DNA of 64,000 bases from a virus. The DNA is taken from the IMG/VR virus record IMGVR_UViG_3300029915_000005, one strand, 5' to 3'. Each line of letters starts with the position of its first letter. Position 1 is the stretch's first letter. The position numbers and the translations under genes were made by a program. Positions 31,229 through 39,924 of this stretch are shown here, one piece after another. The notes below the pieces were generated by a model. The model was given only the letters and a program-made list of their open reading frames with translations, ran no database searches and had not been told where the DNA came from.

Positions 31229-32040
31229 AAATAAACGAAATCAGTAAAAAAATAAAGATTGGAATGCATCCCTCAAATGAGCCAGAAGATAAAATTGTTC
31301 AGTTCATTAAGAAAAACTGTTCTCAAATTGTAAAAGTTTATGAAAACAGTCATAGTAATTTTTTATTCAGTGGGAAAGAGTCTTATAGTGATGTATTTTT
31401 TGGCAAACCTATTAATAATAGAGCACCACTGGGAACAGACCGCAAGATCAATAATAAATTAAATAGTGTTCTAAGACAAGTTGGATTTAAAGCACGACGA
31501 GATAATAGTATTTTTACTACTTCTATGGAAGTTACAGCGCAGGAATATGGCAAAGTATATATAATTTTTCCATTGAATGGTTTTGACTATTCGTGGTGTG
31601 CTCTTGCTGAAGATTTAACTATGGAGTTTGATATTGGCGAAAAAAAATATAGTGTCTCCAGAGAGAATAATGAATTTTACAATGATTTGATTACATTGCT
31701 GCCACAAGAGTTTGTTCAAAAATATCATTTTAAAAATAATGAAGGATTTGAATATGCATTGACAAATGGATTTGAAATTTTGATACACGGAAGTTATGTT
31801 GCAATTAGCGAAGAATCTTCTTTATTAGAAATAATATTACCATTTTATAGATTTAATGAAGATAACGATTTAGAAGAATCAGCATCGTGCGGATCAACTA
31901 GTTCTGGATCGATTGCAACTGTCAACGGAACAAACACTCCTCCATCTGGGCAATTTTTTGGTGGAGATCCTAATAGTTCAGTATATGGAAAAATTAAGAG
32001 AAATCGTAGGAGAAGAAAGAATGCTACTCCGAGAGTTTGA
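31225..32040 (+). CDS. ADP-ribosyltransferase-like paralogue 4 (leader MKINEI) with C-terminal Ser/Gly-rich basic tail
   Basis: LFSG...RRDNSIFTTS...AQEYG...FEILIHG, then LEE-SASCGSTSSGSIA...RNRRRRK. Confidence 0.5.
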   Translation: MKINEISKKIKIGMHPSNEPEDKIVQFIKKNCSQIVKVYENSHSNFLFSGKESYSDVFFGKPINNRAPLGTDRKINNKLNSVLRQVGFKARRDNSIFTTSMEVTAQEYGKVYIIFPLNGFDYSWCALAEDLTMEFDIGEKKYSVSRENNEFYNDLITLLPQEFVQKYHFKNNEGFEYALTNGFEILIHGSYVAISEESSLLEIILPFYRFNEDNDLEESASCGSTSSGSIATVNGTNTPPSGQFFGGDPNSSVYGKIKRNRRRRKNATPRV

Positions 32041-32908
32041 TTTGGATATGTCAAAACTAAGTTCAGGAGATGTTAAAGAAATCAATGCTAATGTTGAATC
32101 TTTATCTCTATGGATAAAAGATCATTGTTCAGAATTTTTGAAAATGAAAGGAGCAAATGATCTCGTTCGAGGTGTTAGAGAAAACTCACCAAGTATTTTT
32201 ATGGGATATCCAAGAAAAAATAGAAGAAGTATTGAAGGAGAAATATCTACTGAGCTTACTAAAATAGTAGACAAATATATGCAAATGACTGGTTTTACTG
32301 CTCTTCGAGGAAATAGTTTATTTTGTAATAGTGATCCTGAAATGGCTGAACCATGGGGTGAATTATATGTCATATTCCCTATAAATGGATTTACTTTTGC
32401 GTATAGTAAACGACATACTTGTTGTTCAGGGGCAAGTTATATATTTCCAACAGAAGCTATTGACGAAAATTTACGCACATATGTAGACCAAATTTCTGAT
32501 TTTTGGAATCGTAAAAAATACGATGTCCATGGATATTCAGAAAATATAAAAAAATTTTTAAAATATTGGTATACTCTTAATGAGTTTTATTCCAAAAAAG
32601 TAAATTATTTTAATATTACTACAGTAATAAGAAATATTATTAAGACGTACAATTCTTTTACTAACGACGAAAAGGTTATGTTATCTGGTTCAGTAGTTGA
32701 TCGTGCAATTATTGATCTTGGAAGAGAATTGAAACAGTTAGGAACAGATGAAATAATTGCTAAAAAATTCATAGTAAACAATAAATTGACCAATAAAAAT
32801 TTGAAATGGGCTTTAGAAAATAGCTATGATGTGTGGATTCACGGAGCATATATTGCCATTGACAGAGAATTATATATACATAATTTTGATTTATTTGAAA
32901 AACTATAA
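32021..32908 (+). CDS. ADP-ribosyltransferase-like paralogue 5 (leader MLLREF)
   Basis: AGGAG RBS; LVRG...LRGNSLFCNS...WGELYVIFP...YDVWIHG, with a ~100-aa insertion. Confidence 0.5.
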   Translation: MLLREFDLDMSKLSSGDVKEINANVESLSLWIKDHCSEFLKMKGANDLVRGVRENSPSIFMGYPRKNRRSIEGEISTELTKIVDKYMQMTGFTALRGNSLFCNSDPEMAEPWGELYVIFPINGFTFAYSKRHTCCSGASYIFPTEAIDENLRTYVDQISDFWNRKKYDVHGYSENIKKFLKYWYTLNEFYSKKVNYFNITTVIRNIIKTYNSFTNDEKVMLSGSVVDRAIIDLGRELKQLGTDEIIAKKFIVNNKLTNKNLKWALENSYDVWIHGAYIAIDRELYIHNFDLFEKL

Positions 32909-32941
32909 ATACTAAAGAGAATAAATTATTGGAGTAACTAT

Positions 32942-35900
32942 ATGAAAAAGAAATCATTATTGGGATCAACAAAACCATACAGAAATCCAAAGTGGCTTGG
33001 CCCACAAGATAAAGTTGACAATCTTGGCCCAATTCTTGGAGCAAAACCAAAAAAATCAAAAGTTTTGAGCACAAAATTCATGGGATGCAGCAAAAATATG
33101 ACTAATAAAAATATCATTGCGGAAAATAATAAATATTCATCAAATGAAAAAGCACAACTGGCTGCTGTTCGACGAGATGGTTATGCAATTGAATGGATTG
33201 ACAATCCAAGCGAAGCTGTGCAAATGGCTGCTGTTAAACAAAATGGTTATGCAATTGGATACATCAGCAAGCCAAGCGAAGCTGTGCAAATGGCTGCTAT
33301 TCAACGAAATTATCGTGCAATTGAATACATCGACAAACCAAGCGAAGCTGTGCAAATGGCTGCTGTTCGACAAGATGGTTGGGCAATTGAATACATCGAC
33401 AATCCAAGCGAAGCTGTGCAACTTGCTGCTGTTCAACAAAATGGTCGTGCAATTCAATTCATAAAAAAGCCAACAATTAATGTCAAATTAATGGCTAAAT
33501 CAAAAGTTTTGAGCACGAAATTTCAAGGTTGTTCCATAGATCGCTCCAATAGCAATATTATTTCTGAATATAAAGATGATTATAATCCATCCAATGAAGA
33601 ATGGCTTAAAAATGAAATTGATTACGCCTATGAAATTTTTAATAATGAGGAATTTCCAAGAGTGGACAGAGAAGAAGCTCATCGAAGAATAAAGCTTTTA
33701 AATGCTGAAGCAAAAAAGAAAGGATATATTGATAAGTGGAATAAAGAAGCGCAAGAAGAAGCAGAAAAGACTCATATTAAACCAGAACTTTTAGATGTTC
33801 TTGATGATGTACGAGGCTATATTCATCACGGGAAAACTATAAACAAAGCTGATAGTAATATGTTACATAGTATGGGAATTAGTGAAGCTGTAAACAAATA
33901 TCCAATTTCTGCCAGAATAAATCCAAGATCATTAAAAAAATTATCTTTGTTGGGGCCAGAAGATAAACTTGGATTTGGAGCAGGATTAATAACAATCACT
34001 AATAAAGTATATATTGCAGCATGGCATTCAGAAATTCGTGCAAAACGTGGTTATGATATTTGTAGATTAAGTGAAGGAGCAATTAGAATTAGACAGGGTG
34101 GTTGGGATTGCGGAGATAATACAATAATTGAGTTTGGAAAATATGATGATGACACAATTTATAGACTTAAACAAATAATTCCATATGTTACTTCTCCAAC
34201 AAATAAATTTAAATTAGAGTGTGATGCTCGTGGAATAAATAATGATCATTTATATGTGACTGGAAATAAAGAATATATTATGGCAGAATTGGAAGAATGG
34301 TTAACTCCAAGACAAAAAGTTCCACTTCCAGGAAGTGTTATGGCATTTCATATGCAAGAATCAAAAGAAACTCCAAAATTAACATATAGAGAGTTTGCAA
34401 ACGCAAGCAAAGCAAAGAATAAGAAGTGCCCAACTTGTGAAAGCGAATTTAAGAATGTTCACTCAGCGAATCAAAAATATTGTTCCTCGGATTGTGAAGT
34501 GAAAGGAGAGACAGTTAAAAAATTACAAGAAGCGTTTGATAAATCAATAATAAGAAAAGCTGGATTTATTCCTTATTATTTTGATAACTTTGGAAAACTC
34601 AGAATGATGTTTGTTATGAGCAGTGATCCAACTTATGGCGGAAGCAAGTGGATGATAGCTAAAGGGCATATCGATGGAAAAGAAACAGATTTACAAGCTG
34701 CTTTACGAGAAGGAAACGAAGAGTGTGGGGTTAAGCAGTCAAATATTAAATTTATTAAACTTGGGTGGAAAGGTTTAATAAAAGGTTACACAGAATCTTC
34801 TGAAATGACAATTTATATTGGAGAAGTTAAAGACCCAGTTGATTTTGATAAACCAGGTAACGAAATAAAAGCTGTTAAATGGATAACTCCAGAAGAATTT
34901 AATTCGATTGGAAGAAATAGTCAAAAATTTATTGTTGAAGCATGTGTAAACAAAATTGGAGATAAAATGCGATTTTCTGAAATAAAAGAATCAAGAAAAT
35001 TTACAGTTTATAAAGATGGTGGTTTTTATGGCCCAAAATATGAATATGGATACATAGGAGTTCAAGACGAAGATGGGCATGATATGACTTATATTGGAAA
35101 GAAAAGTGTTCCCAATATGAATATACAGCAAGCAATATCAGCCCTTAAACAACAATTTCCAGGATGTGAAGTGAAAATTAAACTATCAAAAATATCTGAA
35201 GGTATGCTCAATGGACTAACTGTTATGTCTCTCGATCAATTTTTGGATGGCGAAAATCCAGAAGAAACTGAATTGGAAGACGAGATGTTGGGAGAAGCTG
35301 GAGAATTTGGTCTTGGTTCTAAATATCGAAACGCAAGTCATAAAGAAATGCAGGATTATCTTGATAGAACAGTATTCAAGAAGAAAAATAAACTTGATCC
35401 ATACACTATGCCATATATTCACCCAAGCAATGTAAAAAAGAATGCAGATGGTTCAGTTCCTATTATTGATGAAAATGGCGATAAGTATGATCTTGATGCT
35501 TTAAGAGATGCTATTACTAAAAGACCTAGTGGCTTACTTAAACAGAATGAGAAGATGAAACACAGTAATGGTACTGCCACAGTTTATTATAATGTTGGTT
35601 TGCCAGCATTAAAAGGATTGTCAGTTAATGAAGAAACAGGAGAATTTGTAGTTGTTGATACTTGCCCTGGTGCAGGTATTTGCAAAAATTATTGTTTCGC
35701 AATGAAAGGAAGCTATATTATGTTTCCTGGAGTTAGCATGAAGTCTGCGCAAACATTAAATTATTTATTGAATGATCCAGAAGGATTTAAAGCAGAATTA
35801 ATTGGTGAAATTTCAAAAGCAATCGCTAAATGGGATAATTTTACAGATAAAGATTTTAATAAAGGAGATGTTGAAGTTTCAATAAGGTGGCATGATTCAG

Positions 35901-36403
35901 GAGACTTCTTCAGTCCTGAATATATGGATATGGCTTGGGATGTTGCTAGAGAATTCCCAAATAATTTGTTTTATGCTTACACCAAAATAGCTGATGTTGC
36001 AAATTCAGAGGACAAGCCAGATAATTTTGTAATTAATTTTAGTGCTGGTGCATCTTCAACGCAAAGCAATTTAGTTAATATAAGTGCAGTTAAACATAGC
36101 CAAGTAGTGCCCAAAGATTTATTCTATGATTTAATTGCACGCAAAGGTATTAAGCTTATTAAAAATGCAGCAGGAGCCACACAATTTAGAGGTCCAGAAG
36201 AATGGAATGAATTAAAAGATAGATTGGCTGAAAAATATGATATAGATGTTGATACTATTTTAAGTTATGATGAATTTGTGGAAAAGAAGATGAATAAAAC
36301 GCTCGGCACTAAACCAAAATGGAATGTTACAGTTCTTCCTGGAGAAGGAGACGTTTCAGCAACAGATCCTACAGTAAAAGGTACATACTTAATGTTTCAC
36401 TAA
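32942..36403 (+). CDS. Polyprotein 2: DUF4116-like repeats, unknown domains, Zn ribbon, Nudix hydrolase, Gp88-like Cys-cluster domain
   Basis: AAVxxNGxAIxxI repeats; CPTC...CSSDC; Nudix box KGHIDGKETDLQAALREGNEECG; TCPGAGICKNYCFA...IRWHDSGDF...FYAYTK; TATAAATA at 32904. Confidence 0.65.
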   Translation: MKKKSLLGSTKPYRNPKWLGPQDKVDNLGPILGAKPKKSKVLSTKFMGCSKNMTNKNIIAENNKYSSNEKAQLAAVRRDGYAIEWIDNPSEAVQMAAVKQNGYAIGYISKPSEAVQMAAIQRNYRAIEYIDKPSEAVQMAAVRQDGWAIEYIDNPSEAVQLAAVQQNGRAIQFIKKPTINVKLMAKSKVLSTKFQGCSIDRSNSNIISEYKDDYNPSNEEWLKNEIDYAYEIFNNEEFPRVDREEAHRRIKLLNAEAKKKGYIDKWNKEAQEEAEKTHIKPELLDVLDDVRGYIHHGKTINKADSNMLHSMGISEAVNKYPISARINPRSLKKLSLLGPEDKLGFGAGLITITNKVYIAAWHSEIRAKRGYDICRLSEGAIRIRQGGWDCGDNTIIEFGKYDDDTIYRLKQIIPYVTSPTNKFKLECDARGINNDHLYVTGNKEYIMAELEEWLTPRQKVPLPGSVMAFHMQESKETPKLTYREFANASKAKNKKCPTCESEFKNVHSANQKYCSSDCEVKGETVKKLQEAFDKSIIRKAGFIPYYFDNFGKLRMMFVMSSDPTYGGSKWMIAKGHIDGKETDLQAALREGNEECGVKQSNIKFIKLGWKGLIKGYTESSEMTIYIGEVKDPVDFDKPGNEIKAVKWITPEEFNSIGRNSQKFIVEACVNKIGDKMRFSEIKESRKFTVYKDGGFYGPKYEYGYIGVQDEDGHDMTYIGKKSVPNMNIQQAISALKQQFPGCEVKIKLSKISEGMLNGLTVMSLDQFLDGENPEETELEDEMLGEAGEFGLGSKYRNASHKEMQDYLDRTVFKKKNKLDPYTMPYIHPSNVKKNADGSVPIIDENGDKYDLDALRDAITKRPSGLLKQNEKMKHSNGTATVYYNVGLPALKGLSVNEETGEFVVVDTCPGAGICKNYCFAMKGSYIMFPGVSMKSAQTLNYLLNDPEGFKAELIGEISKAIAKWDNFTDKDFNKGDVEVSIRWHDSGDFFSPEYMDMAWDVAREFPNNLFYAYTKIADVANSEDKPDNFVINFSAGASSTQSNLVNISAVKHSQVVPKDLFYDLIARKGIKLIKNAAGATQFRGPEEWNELKDRLAEKYDIDVDTILSYDEFVEKKMNKTLGTKPKWNVTVLPGEGDVSATDPTVKGTYLMFH

Positions 36404-36411
36404 GGAAAAAT

Positions 36412-37025
36412 ATGAGACTAGATGAATATTCAAAACCAAGAGTTCCTGTAAAAGTTTTTAAAGTAGTTGATGATGAAGTTCGTACTTCATCATCTTCATT
36501 GAATATGGACCAAAAATTAGAAAAACTTGGTTGGGAATTTTTTAACGGAGGGTCTTTTGCAGCAGTATATACAAATCCTAAAAAACCATATATTCTAAAA
36601 ATCAATAAACAACCGGATAAAGCTTATGCTTATTATGTGTCAATAATAAGAAAATTGCATAATAAACATTTTCCAAAAATAAGTGATTTGAAATTTATAG
36701 AAGTTAATGGTGGTCGATATTACATATATCTTATTGAGAAATTACATAAGGCAAAATATGGAGTAGCAATAGCTAGTAGACTAGATTTTATTATGAATAA
36801 TTATGAAATTCCTCTGAAAAAATAGAGCAAGATTATTATAGATTATATGATACAAAAGCAGGATTTGAATATTTTGAAAAACATCTTGATTTATTTAAAG
36901 CTGCACAAATTATTGGAAAAAATAAAGAAACAAGTAATGTGCCAGGATTATTTTTTGATATGCATTCTGGAAATATTATGCAGAGAAAAGACGGAACAAT
37001 TGTTATAACTGATCCATACTTCTAA
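36412..37025 (+). pseudogene. T7 gp0.7-like protein kinase, paralogue A (leader MRLDEY), split by a -1 frameshift
   Basis: GGSFAAVY...YILKIN...FPKI...YLIEKL stops at TAG 36823-36825; the -1 frame from 36822 continues to DMHSGNIMQRKDGTIVITDPYF*. Confidence 0.75.
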
Positions 37026-37033
37026 GGATAACT

Positions 37034-37624
37034 ATGAATTTAAATGAATTATACAAACCGAAAATATCTAAAGATATTGATAATGAAATAAATTATCATT
37101 TCAATTATGGCGCTGGAAATACTCAGCAACTAAGAAATCGTCTTAAAAAATTTGGATGGATATATTTAGATGAAGGAGTTTATAGTTCAGTTTGGGGAAA
37201 TGTTAAAAAATCTTATATTCTTAAAATAAATAAAGTTCCTGATAGAGCATTCGATCATTATGTTAATATAATTAAGAAAAGTAAAAATCCTCATTTTCCA
37301 AAAATAAGTGATATGAGAGAAATAGCTATTGGACCTAAAATTTATTGTGCTTATTTAATTGAAAAATTATTTAAAATTCCTGGCCATTTTGTTGGTGATA
37401 ATTACTCAACTTTTTTCAATACAATTATTAATGCGGATCCAAAATATTCAATTTCTAAACTGTTTAATAACCATATTCCTACCATATTTAAAAAACAACC
37501 AAAACTAGTTGATGCATTATGCATAGTTGGTTCTGAACACAATAACTATTTTATTGATATGCATTCTGGAAATATTATGCAAAGAAAAGATGGAACAATT
37601 GTTATAACTGATCCTTATGCATAA
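37034..37624 (+). CDS. T7 gp0.7-like protein kinase, paralogue B (leader MNLNEL)
   Basis: EGVYSSVW, YILKIN, FPKI, YLIEKL, DMHSGNIM, ITDP. Confidence 0.75.
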   Translation: MNLNELYKPKISKDIDNEINYHFNYGAGNTQQLRNRLKKFGWIYLDEGVYSSVWGNVKKSYILKINKVPDRAFDHYVNIIKKSKNPHFPKISDMREIAIGPKIYCAYLIEKLFKIPGHFVGDNYSTFFNTIINADPKYSISKLFNNHIPTIFKKQPKLVDALCIVGSEHNNYFIDMHSGNIMQRKDGTIVITDPYA

Positions 37625-37673
37625 TTTTTATTAACTCTTTAATATCTTTTAACTTTCCATATAATAATCGATA

Positions 37674-37835
37674 TCAATTTTTGGTTCTATTTCGTTTATT
37701 CTCATTATTCCACCACAATGAATGATCACTCGTGTCTGGTTTACCAATGTACTCTAAATTTATTTCAACTTCTCCAGACGGTCTTTCTGGATATTCTCTA
37801 ATGAGATTCCATTTTGGAATTTCATCGATTTTCAT
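37674..37835 (-). CDS. Short leader-bearing ORF, 53 aa (MKIDEIPKW...)
   Basis: Start overlaps the end of the upstream minus-strand gene and has the same MKIDEI leader. Confidence 0.4.
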   Translation of the reverse strand: MKIDEIPKWNLIREYPERPSGEVEINLEYIGKPDTSDHSLWWNNENKRNRTKN

Positions 37836-38628
37836 TTCTTATTTTCTCCAGCCAATCCAGATAATTCATCATAGGATTTCGTATATACCATGCCAATGTT
37901 TTATAATCTCTAAATTTCGTTTTAAATAAATCCTCTTTCAAGCTTGGAAATGTATTGTTCACTTCTATATTCATTCCTGGAATTTTATGCTTTCTATAAT
38001 ACACCAATTCTTTGGCAGCTTTTCCAACATATTTTTTAAGAAAAGTTCCAATATTAATTAAATAATATTCATCACAATCAAAAATTAATTCATTTTTAGT
38101 AAAATTCTTGGGAAGTCCTTCTCTATATGTAGATGCCATAGATGCTGGAATTCTTCTATCATCTGTCATATGCCCCATATTTCCTGTAATTATCATTCCA
38201 TATTTGTCTGCATCTTCTCCAGCGACAGTATTACCACCAATATCAACCACTACTGGACTCCAAACAACTTTATAATTCTCTGTAGGAACAAAAATTCTAG
38301 CTTGGCCATGAAACAAATATAATTCGCTTGGAGTGATCATAGTACAAAAAGTTGGATTTTTTATGTCCAATTTTTTCATTATATCTGTAAGAGAACTTGC
38401 AAACATTCCTTTTGCGTTATATTCAAAATTTTTATTTTCATGATTGGTAACTTTGATAATAGGAGTTTCTGGTGTTGTAGCATTAAATGCTCTATATATT
38501 AAAGGATAATTTCCCATTCTATCGCAAAAACCTGCAACAATATTTGCACGGGCTCTAATATGCTGAATTTCAGCAGCATGTATAACAGCTTCTTCTAATT
38601 TCTCTTTTGTTATTTCATCGATTTTCAT
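37822..38628 (-). CDS. Divergent ADP-ribosyltransferase-like protein (leader MKIDEI); minus strand, mislabelled + in the track
   Basis: cat at 38626-38628 and tca at 37822-37824 show the minus strand; LIYRA...TFCT...HG..RIFVP...VVWS...NELIF parallels the ART-like family. Confidence 0.45.
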   Translation of the reverse strand: MKIDEITKEKLEEAVIHAAEIQHIRARANIVAGFCDRMGNYPLIYRAFNATTPETPIIKVTNHENKNFEYNAKGMFASSLTDIMKKLDIKNPTFCTMITPSELYLFHGQARIFVPTENYKVVWSPVVVDIGGNTVAGEDADKYGMIITGNMGHMTDDRRIPASMASTYREGLPKNFTKNELIFDCDEYYLINIGTFLKKYVGKAAKELVYYRKHKIPGMNIEVNNTFPSLKEDLFKTKFRDYKTLAWYIRNPMMNYLDWLEKIRNENR

Positions 38629-38640
38629 TATATTTTCCCA

Positions 38641-39231
38641 TCAGCTTGCATAAGGATCAGTTATAACAATTGTTCCGTCTTTTCTCTGCATAATATTGCC
38701 GCCATGCATGTCATTGGAAATATATGGATTTTTGATATTGTGTTTAAATTTTCCAATAATTCTGAGTGCTGTAACTAATTCTGGATTTTGTTTTAAATAA
38801 TCAAGTTGCGTATGAGATGTATTAAAAAATGTTAGTGATGAATATGGACAATCTATTATTTCACTAAAAACATTAGCTAAATGTTTCATTTCAGAACGTA
38901 CATCATCTAATTTCTCAATAAGATATATGTAATATCGACCACCATTAACTTCTATAAATTTCAAATCACTTATTTTTGGAAAATGTTTATTGTTATATTT
39001 CTTTATTAAAGATACATATTGTGCATACGCAGTATCTTGTCTATCATTAACTTTTAACACATAAGATTTTTTTGGATTTGAATATACTGTACTATAATAA
39101 CCAGCCCCTAGAAGAGTCCAACCCAATTTTTTTAATTTGCCTTCTATGGTATATTTATCAGTACTGCGATCAAACACAATTTTAGAAAATTTGGCTGGTA
39201 TTCTCGTTTTTGAATATTCGTCTAGTTTCAT
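38641..39231 (-). CDS. T7 gp0.7-like protein kinase, paralogue A' (leader MKLDEY)
   Basis: GAGYYSTVY, YVLKVN, FPKI, YLIEKL, DMHGGNIM, ITDP. Confidence 0.75.
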   Translation of the reverse strand: MKLDEYSKTRIPAKFSKIVFDRSTDKYTIEGKLKKLGWTLLGAGYYSTVYSNPKKSYVLKVNDRQDTAYAQYVSLIKKYNNKHFPKISDLKFIEVNGGRYYIYLIEKLDDVRSEMKHLANVFSEIIDCPYSSLTFFNTSHTQLDYLKQNPELVTALRIIGKFKHNIKNPYISNDMHGGNIMQRKDGTIVITDPYAS

Positions 39232-39841
39232 TATAACCCCCAATGTATGGATCAGTTATTACAATTGTTCCATCTTTTCTTTGCATAAAATTTTCGTCAT
39301 GCAAATCAATCCTAAAAAATGGTTTAGATTCATAGCTAACTATACGCAATGCTTTAATTAATTTTGGTTGTTTTTTGAATATTTCAGGAATTGCTCCATA
39401 CTCTTCAATTAGTGATTCTAAAGGTTTTTCTTCCATATTAAGATTAATTACAAAATTGAACATAGATGCATAATCTTCAGCAGTAGCTCTATTTGGAAAT
39501 TCCTCTAATTTTTCAATTAAATATGCATAATAACTTCTTCCTGTAATAAATATTTGTCTTCTATCACTAATTTTTGGAAAATGTGGATTTCTACTTCCTT
39601 TAATAACAGAAACATAATGATCAAATCCAGGATCTGGTATTTTATTTATTTTAAGGATATATGATTTTTTGGGATTACTCCAAACCGAACTATAAACACC
39701 GGATCCTTCCAATTTCCAACCAAATTTTTCAAGTTGATTTTTTAAATATGGAATATTAAGAGGATTATTGAAAAGATGATTCGTTATAGCATAAGTTGCG
39801 CTCTTAGATATTTTCGGTTTGTAGAATTCATTTATAAGCAT
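39182..39841 (-). CDS. T7 gp0.7-like protein kinase, paralogue B' (leader MLINEF)
   Basis: GSGVYSSVW, YILKIN, DLHDENFM, ITDP; minus-strand TAAATA (39847-39852) 5 nt before the ATG. Confidence 0.75.
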   Translation of the reverse strand: MLINEFYKPKISKSATYAITNHLFNNPLNIPYLKNQLEKFGWKLEGSGVYSSVWSNPKKSYILKINKIPDPGFDHYVSVIKGSRNPHFPKISDRRQIFITGRSYYAYLIEKLEEFPNRATAEDYASMFNFVINLNMEEKPLESLIEEYGAIPEIFKKQPKLIKALRIVSYESKPFFRIDLHDENFMQRKDGTIVITDPYIGGYNETRRIFKNENTSQIF

Positions 39842-39924
39842 ATAAGTATTTATTGCTTTAATAAATATTATTGCTATTAAACACGACTCATGATACAATT
39901 AATTATAAACAAAGGAGCATTAAT

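Noticed and set aside
33117-33464. Alternative-frame and antisense ORFs over the DUF4116 repeats (also 54633-55335) and other short antisense ORFs
   Set aside because: By-products of stop-free repeats or of strong coding frames; no RBS, promoter or motif support.
36823-36825. TAG stop-codon reassignment
   Set aside because: Reading through this TAG does not give the kinase motifs, which are in the -1 frame; the TAG at 9441 is followed by an out-of-frame gene; long ORFs are intact in the standard code.
37822-38628. ORF-track label of + strand
   Set aside because: The listed protein is only obtained from the reverse complement (cat at 38626-38628, tca at 37822-37824).
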